A DNA stretch of 9,483 nucleotides from Paraspadella gotoi (lineage: Eukaryota; Animalia; Chaetognatha), in the NCBI GenBank assembly GCA_051294375.1, contig JBJCIZ010000200.1:1-9483 (forward strand), given 5' to 3'. Below, piece after piece: positions 7,480 through 9,483 of this stretch (positions are counted from its first letter, which is position 1; every line of letters starts with the position of its first letter). The notes beneath the pieces are model-generated. The model saw only the letters and a program-made list of their open reading frames with translations. It did not search any database and was not told the origin of the DNA. Both the position numbers and the translations under genes were made by a program.

Positions 7480-7620
7480 ATTCAGTTCAAAGAAGCAATT
7501 AAAGAGGATTTTTTTCCCCCAAAAGAGTCGTTCGATTAATTCATTCAATGCGTTTGTAAAGAAAACCGGTTAGAAGATATATTAATTGATTTAATTGAAC
7601 GAGGCTTCTTCTCTTCAATA

Positions 7621-7720
7621 TACGAGCTTAGTGAAAGCAAGGCGATTTCTTTGGGTTTTTTTTTGGTTATATTGTTTATCAAGGAGTATGATCGGAGACC
7701 GAGGAAGTGCCACGAATCAG
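7621..7720 (+). CDS. Possible upstream exon of the EGF gene (...AISLGFFLVILFIKEYDRRPRKCHES|G); 5' boundary unknown
   Basis: Donor CAG|gttaat at 7720; phase-1 reading joins to give KCHESGFELG; hydrophobic stretch could be a signal peptide; no in-frame ATG found. Confidence 0.3.
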
Positions 7721-7970
7721 GTTAATTTAACTAAATTTGCCAAATGAAATACCCCACGAAACAGGCTCGAAAATTGTTTTTGTTATTTAACTTCTCATTA
7801 TTTGTCGTATTCCACTGATGAACGATGAATTACTGAACATTCAGTGAACTATGCACTGCATAGTATCTATATTATGCAGGTTGTTCAAAAGTTATATTTT
7901 GCTTCGCCAAGATCATTTGAAATTCAAGTTAAGCTATTTGAACAAGCGGTTTCTGAAAAATTATTTCTTT

Positions 7971-7971
<1 letters not shown>

Positions 7972-8035
<64 letters not shown>
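7972..8035. repeat. (CT)n microsatellite, about 32 units
   Basis: Perfect CT run just upstream of the 8069 acceptor. Confidence 0.97.
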
Positions 8036-8037
<2 letters not shown>

Positions 8038-8068
8038 ATTCCAACTCCCTTGAATTTTCGTCTTCCAG

Positions 8069-8205
8069 GATTCGAACTCGGGACCTCAGGATCGTGTGAT
8101 GTCACACGAACGAATGCGCGTTGAATCCTTGCGTTAACGGCGCGAGATGCGAAGACCTGCTTGGGAGGTTCCGCTGCGTCTGTCGGGAGGCTTTCAGGGG
8201 GAAAG
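8069..8205 (+). CDS. EGF exon ([44 protein letters not shown])
   Basis: ttccag acceptor just after the (CT)n tract; donor gtctgg; needs one extra base at about 8104 and one at about 8186. Confidence 0.8.
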
Positions 8206-9381
8206 GTCTGGATTCCCTATACAACTAATAATATTCATAAAACACATTTACTTTAGTAATTATCATAAGTTTTATTTAAACAAGCTTTGTTTTAATTGTC
8301 AGATGCGAAGAGGACGTCACGAATGCTCGAAAGAATTGATAGGCACGACTTGTCTCAACGGAGGAGTTTGTTACAACACAGTGGGCAGCTACAAGTGCCT
8401 TTGTGTAATGCGTTTGTGGGTGAGTTAAAGTTGATGCCTTTCCTACTACTGTGATCCGCGATTAATCCGCGTGACTTTCAGGTGCCAACTGTCAATTTCA
8501 CGTTAAAATCTGCTCGTTGGGAGTTTGCAAGAACGGAGCCACCTGTCTAGAGTATGGCGCCCTTGCCAACTACTCCTGCATCTGCCTGCCAGGATTCGCC
8601 GGTAAGTGGAGCCCCTACTGTCTGTACGCCTATTTTTTGTACCGCTTCTAAATTTTTGTTTGTTTGTTTGTTTCTAATTGTAATCAAATTTTTTAGGCGA
8701 AAACTGCGAGGAAAATATCAACGAATGCTCATCGAATCCCTGCGCCTCTGGATCCACATGTCACGACATGGTAGTCTTACGCCTCGCCTATTAAACAGAT
8801 ATTTGACTACTTTTCATAATTCAAAATAATAAAATTGATCATCTTTACCATCGCAGGTAAACGCTTTCCGCTGCGATTGTCCGCCTGGTTACACGGGCGA
8901 AACCTGCACCGTGGATATCGACGAATGTTACTCTGATCCCTGTCTCAACGGCGGCTCCTGTCGCGATCGCGTGAACAGGTGATGATTTAAATTTTATCTC
9001 GTGTTAAACTAACAGATTTCAACAATATCTACTTATTCCGTTCAATTCGTTAACAGCGTTTGGTCCGGGTGAGAAACTTTCTTTCTCCATTCAGTTTGTG
9101 GTTTTTTTTTACTTTCGCACAAAGCAAATATTAAACGAACAATGCATATAAAAAAAATTTTTCTGGCATTATTGTTTCACTTTCACGTATTTTTAATACA
9201 TATGTATAATATATAGAATGTTTTGAGCGCTGCTCCGCAATAAACTGTGAATATTTTTCCATTTAGTTACGATTGTGATTGCGGCGACTCTGGCTTCGAA
9301 GGAGTCAACTGTGAGAAAGAAATAGACGAATGCTCGTCCGATCCTTGCCTTCACAACGCCACTTGCCACGATCGTCTCAAG
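8069..9381 (+). CDS. Ca-binding EGF-repeat protein, crumbs/Notch-like; partial, multi-exon, four apparent 1-nt frameshifts
   Basis: Exons 8069-8205, 8303-8419, 8482-8601, 8697-8770, 8857-8978, 9267-9381 with GT-AG boundaries. Encodes tandem cbEGF repeats ([61 protein letters not shown]). The spacing [12 protein letters not shown] has one extra residue before GF, as in Crumbs repeats; suggestive only. Confidence 0.88.
8303..8419 (+). CDS. EGF exon ([38 protein letters not shown])
   Basis: gtcag|A...G|gtgagt; needs one extra base at about 8319 and one at about 8408. Confidence 0.85.
8482..8601 (+). CDS. EGF exon ([40 protein letters not shown])
   Basis: ttcag|GT...G|gtaagt; 120 nt, intact. 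Confidence 0.93.
8697..8770 (+). CDS. EGF exon ([25 protein letters not shown])
   Basis: tttag|GC...ATG|gtagtc; intact. Confidence 0.93.
8857..8978 (+). CDS. EGF exon ([40 protein letters not shown])
   Basis: cgcag|GTA...AG|gtgatg; intact. Confidence 0.95.
9267..9381 (+). CDS. EGF exon ([39 protein letters not shown])
   Basis: tttag|T...AAG|gttatt; intact. Confidence 0.93.
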
Positions 9382-9483
9382 GTTATTATTAGTCTGGAGC
9401 CGAGTCCTGTAAATTGGATTGAATTTCGTTTATTCGATGATTTAAACTGCTTTTTAGAAAAACAAAAGGACAGTCTTTTTTCA

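Noticed and set aside
7530-7572. EGF-like fragment INSF-x-CVCKE
   Set aside because: Needs a frameshift, lacks upstream cysteines and has no phase-compatible donor.
7815-7845. CTGATGA motif (also on the minus strand at about 7028-7034)
   Set aside because: No helix II or GAAA; chance match.
7844-8099. ORFs with (SL)n
   Set aside because: Translation of the (CT)n microsatellite.

Overview
AT-rich eukaryotic (animal, probably invertebrate) genomic DNA with two intron-containing genes pointing away from each other. Minus strand (5985 to <1): an SLC23/NAT-family nucleobase transporter with up to 13 exons and a nucleobase-type signature ([15 protein letters not shown]). Plus strand (about 8069 to >9381): a Ca-binding EGF-repeat gene, crumbs/Notch-like. 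Five single-base deletions break otherwise intact exons (one in SLC23, four in the EGF gene), most likely assembly errors. The non-coding space holds: two copies of a structured tRNA-derived SINE-like repeat with an unusual 5' hairpin extension, one apparently inserted exactly at a splice acceptor; a 712-bp internally deleted Tc1 transposon with TIRs and TA duplication; a ~100-bp-arm foldback next to a degenerate Penelope-type minimal hammerhead; a second foldback; a DINE-1/HINE-like element with 179-bp repeats; and mini/microsatellites. All translations and alignments were done by eye, with no database searches.
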